Both the position numbers and the translations under genes were made by a program. A stretch of DNA of 64,000 nucleotides, from the NCBI GenBank assembly GCA_030704615.1, contig CM060733.1, positions 39,866,001 through 39,930,000 of the forward strand, given 5' to 3'. The stretch's first letter is position 1. Each line of letters starts with the position of its first letter. Of this stretch, positions 61,101 to 64,000 are shown piece by piece. This DNA is from Takakia lepidozioides. Its lineage: Eukaryota > Plantae > Bryophyta. Below the pieces are notes generated by a model. The model was not told the DNA's origin. It was given only the letters and a program-made list of their open reading frames with translations, and did not search any database.

Positions 61101-62780
61101 ACTATGTAAGCAGTAACATACTATGTCTTCAACAATGCCCATGAAGTAGCAGTTTCCCCAATAGTACATGATATGCAAGCACAATTCCAATCTAATTTCC
61201 ACAACAGAGTCTAGCTGACCACAACAACACAATTGAAAGACAGCATAAAGTCACAAACCACTGCCCAACAAGAGTATCATATACACTGATCACTTGCCAC
61301 CAAAGCTCCAACCATTTTCATCAACCATGCTTTTCAGTTGACTATTTTGAAAATAGATGCTTTACCTTTCTGAGGAAGCCTAGAACACTAATTATGGTAA
61401 ACAACTGAAGCAAGACATCAGCCATACTGGTGACCCCTCTACCAATCCCTCCAAATCAGGTAAGGAGCCTCTGGCTATAAGGCTACAGCACGTAAACTCT
61501 TAGAGCTAGATCATCAGTTGACCCAAAACTCTTTGCAGTTCATGAGTATCACCACTTTTACTGGGACTGACATCATTCCATCTCTTACCTCATACTTTCC
61601 CCCTCTGCCGTTGCATAGCTGTGTCTGCTGCTCATCTCTCTTTCTAAGAAAGACCCTTCCCTTTCTTTCACCTACAATAAAAGGGCTCACACCTTGTCTT
61701 TGTACACGTTGACCCGTACGAGATTGGATGACTTGGCCCGCACTTCTGAAGTCTTGTGCTGTACACCAACCTGCACATCACAGACCATTATCCAGTTGTC
61801 CTTGTGAAATCAGGCTGGGAGACATAAATAAGCAAAAATCTACAAAAAAACGTACATGAGCTGTCTGGTGTGGAGTGACAGAATCTATCCCACCAAACCA
61901 TGTCACATTTCTCCACATCATAGGTCCTATTATCTGCATTGACTTGATCCAATTGCCAACTGGAATCACAACACCACCCAGATTGAGCCTAAGAATGAGA
62001 CAGTATATTATAGTTGAAGACGCCCTTCAAACCAACAATGACAACAGCAGTTTATGAAACTGCTACATTGCCGTATAGAAGCAGGAAGATTTGTGGGAGC
62101 ACTCACAATGAACGGTACTGGTGCATCCAGAAAGTCGAGCATTTTGTTGGGTAAAATCTGTTTCAGGCAATCAGTGTTGGTCTATTGGTGATAGCAAATT
62201 TCAGGATCTGACTGAATGTCTCCTTTTCTGACTGACAACCTTTATGTGGAGAGATCAACTTCTTTCTTTTTTGTTTCTCTTTCCGAGTCCTTGTTCCACA
62301 TGGGAGATATGGATCTGGACAGGTCCTAAGCACGAGTGCTTGGAGACCCTCATCCACTAGCGGAGCATGCCAGAGAATAAGCCCTCAGGAAGACATGACC
62401 ATCTGATGCTTCAGCAGATATTGAGCCTCTGGATCACCTCAAATCCAGGAATGTCCTCTACCAGTCGGGCTACTGCAGATGAGCTCTCTCACCCTGCTAA
62501 TAAGTATACTTGGCAGAACACTAATACTGACACTCAGTATCAAAGTATTCAGGATAAGCTATGGAATGACATTCATCAGTGCATCTTACACTTTGGGCTA
62601 CCAATACAAAGAATCAACTGGACAACTATCGCTTTGATTCTACGAAACAAAAGAAACAAATAGATCAGCCCATGGTAATTTCCAAGGAAGTCATATAAAA
62701 CTGACCGGAAGGAGGAGACATTGCCATTCATAAGGTCGAATCATGGGTATCAATGACAGCACCACCGCCGACAACACACC
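58165..62780 (-). CDS. DENN-domain (Rab GEF family) protein, 3' exons only: 62706-62780, 62107-62157, 61693-61770, 60946-61080, 59200-59307, 58524-58589, 58165-58233; 5' part outside the window
   Basis: Phase-0 GT-AG exons translate to GVLSAVVLSLIPMIRPYEWQCLLLP ILPNKMLDFLDAPVPFI VGVQHKT.. LRSHTITNVQSNDDK VSLLLKDSFIDSFPIRDQPFIK LFADTQLFAVYTDAVLSSYQNS*. Confidence 0.93.
59385..59900 (+). mobile_element. Degenerate LINE 3' end in a DENN intron, with an inverted related copy at 58964-59070
   Basis: LKLKLRAGSLPL..C remnant. The tail atggccacaaggctacggcaaacaac matches the reverse complement of 58964-59012. Confidence 0.5.
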
Positions 62781-64000
62781 CTGTCAAATGAGTCCAGACA
62801 TCCCAAACCATGGGACTATTATTTCACAACTAGAGAAATGGCTACCGATACAAGTGAAAGGTGCTTCTACATATTCCGTCCCTTGAAACCCATTGGGGAC
62901 TGGAGCCGGCAAAATGTTAGGGTCGAGTGTTACTTCATAGAGCCGTATAAAACATTAGTACAATTCTACGACAAAACTTACTAAGATTATCTTTCCAATA
63001 TTGGGAGTATCACCAGAAGAAGTGCCAAGGCCCAGGAACAAGTAATTATCTAGCATATTGCTACTGAAGTCAAATAGATCATTCAGATACTATTGATAAC
63101 TAATTTGCCACGCATTTCATAATCATAACCATACTTTACTCTCGCACGCAGACCAATCCTCCCGAAGGAAGAAAGGGGGGGATTCAAAAAAGAGCCGATC
63201 TCAGGTTATCAGTTCTGTAACAAAGTCAACTACCTATTATATCTACTGTGATCTGTGATTTGCCAACTTCAATCCCGCATCAATGGACAAGGCCAATGTT
63301 TCTGGGTAGGTAGAGGTTCTGTTCTTTGGGGATACCCCACCAAGTTCATTGAGCTTCCCTGAACCAGCCTAGTTTAACAGTCTTCATTACTCCCGCTGTA
63401 ATTGACGATCCCATTGGCAGAACTTCCGAGCAAGACAATGCTCTCCAAGAGTGCTGCTCCAAAATTGAGCCCTGCATACAAGCTACTAGATGACGAGAAA
63501 GAAACAACTCAACACGCACTTCGGATAGACCAGGCCTTCCAAGGTAAGTGATTACAAACCAGATTGGGACAAACAACCAACATTTGCTTCTCCAAGAGAG
63601 CACCTGCAAGCATGGCCAGTACCTGCCCCATATAATAATCTCGTTAAATAACACTGATTGATGCTTGGAAATACTGGTGATCGAGTTAGAAATGAAGTGG
63701 GACTTTGCAATCTGGCATAGCCGATTTGGACAAAGTAGGAAGAGAGACGAGAGACGAACACAGGGTAATGTTTCAAGATATGCCATTTTAAGATAGAGTT
63801 TCACCTAGACCATTCTGCCTTAGAATCACGTTGCTCTGGCTAAGCCATCTAGTGATGTCCCTAGCCTTAGCACAAGGGTTCTGTGGCACCTTATTCCACA
63901 ACAGTGGCTCAGAAATAATTACAATTTTAAAGGCTACACTCTGTGCCCACATTGAAGGTTTCTGGAGGAGCAACCAAGCACGTGTAAGGGCGAAAGCAGT

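Noticed and set aside
62830-64000. ORF 63346-63804 as a further DENN exon
   Set aside because: No DENN motif or fitting splice sites; looks like intronic, possibly LINE-derived sequence.

Overview
Eukaryotic nuclear DNA from a land plant, probably a bryophyte (inferred from the PLS/DYW-PPR content, a chromodomain Ty3/gypsy element and CRE- and Dualen-like LINEs). Three host genes look intact: ORANGE (8 exons, - strand), an intronless dirigent-family gene, and the 3' part of a DENN-domain gene that runs off the window. The rest is nested transposons and PPR pseudogenes. A CRE-like non-LTR element is interrupted by a Ty3/gypsy chromovirus lacking RT/RNase H and by a CACTA element carrying gene fragments. 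A Copia element carries a TIR element and a Dualen-like LINE. A PLS-E-DYW pseudogene lies at 27.3-30.1 kb. Most notable: (1) five scattered, decayed loci reconstruct a gene family in which OSB-type PDF ssDNA-binding motifs (LW..FSDPSQWWDNR..K/.PRGPDFKHK....LW) are fused to a PLS-class PPR array, and one copy lies inside a CACTA element; (2) a spliced ParB-like plus beta-class amino-DNA-methyltransferase gene appears split by an inversion, has five regularly spaced palindromes in its intron, and sits beside a C5-methyltransferase fragment. All domain calls come from reading motifs by eye; no searches were run.
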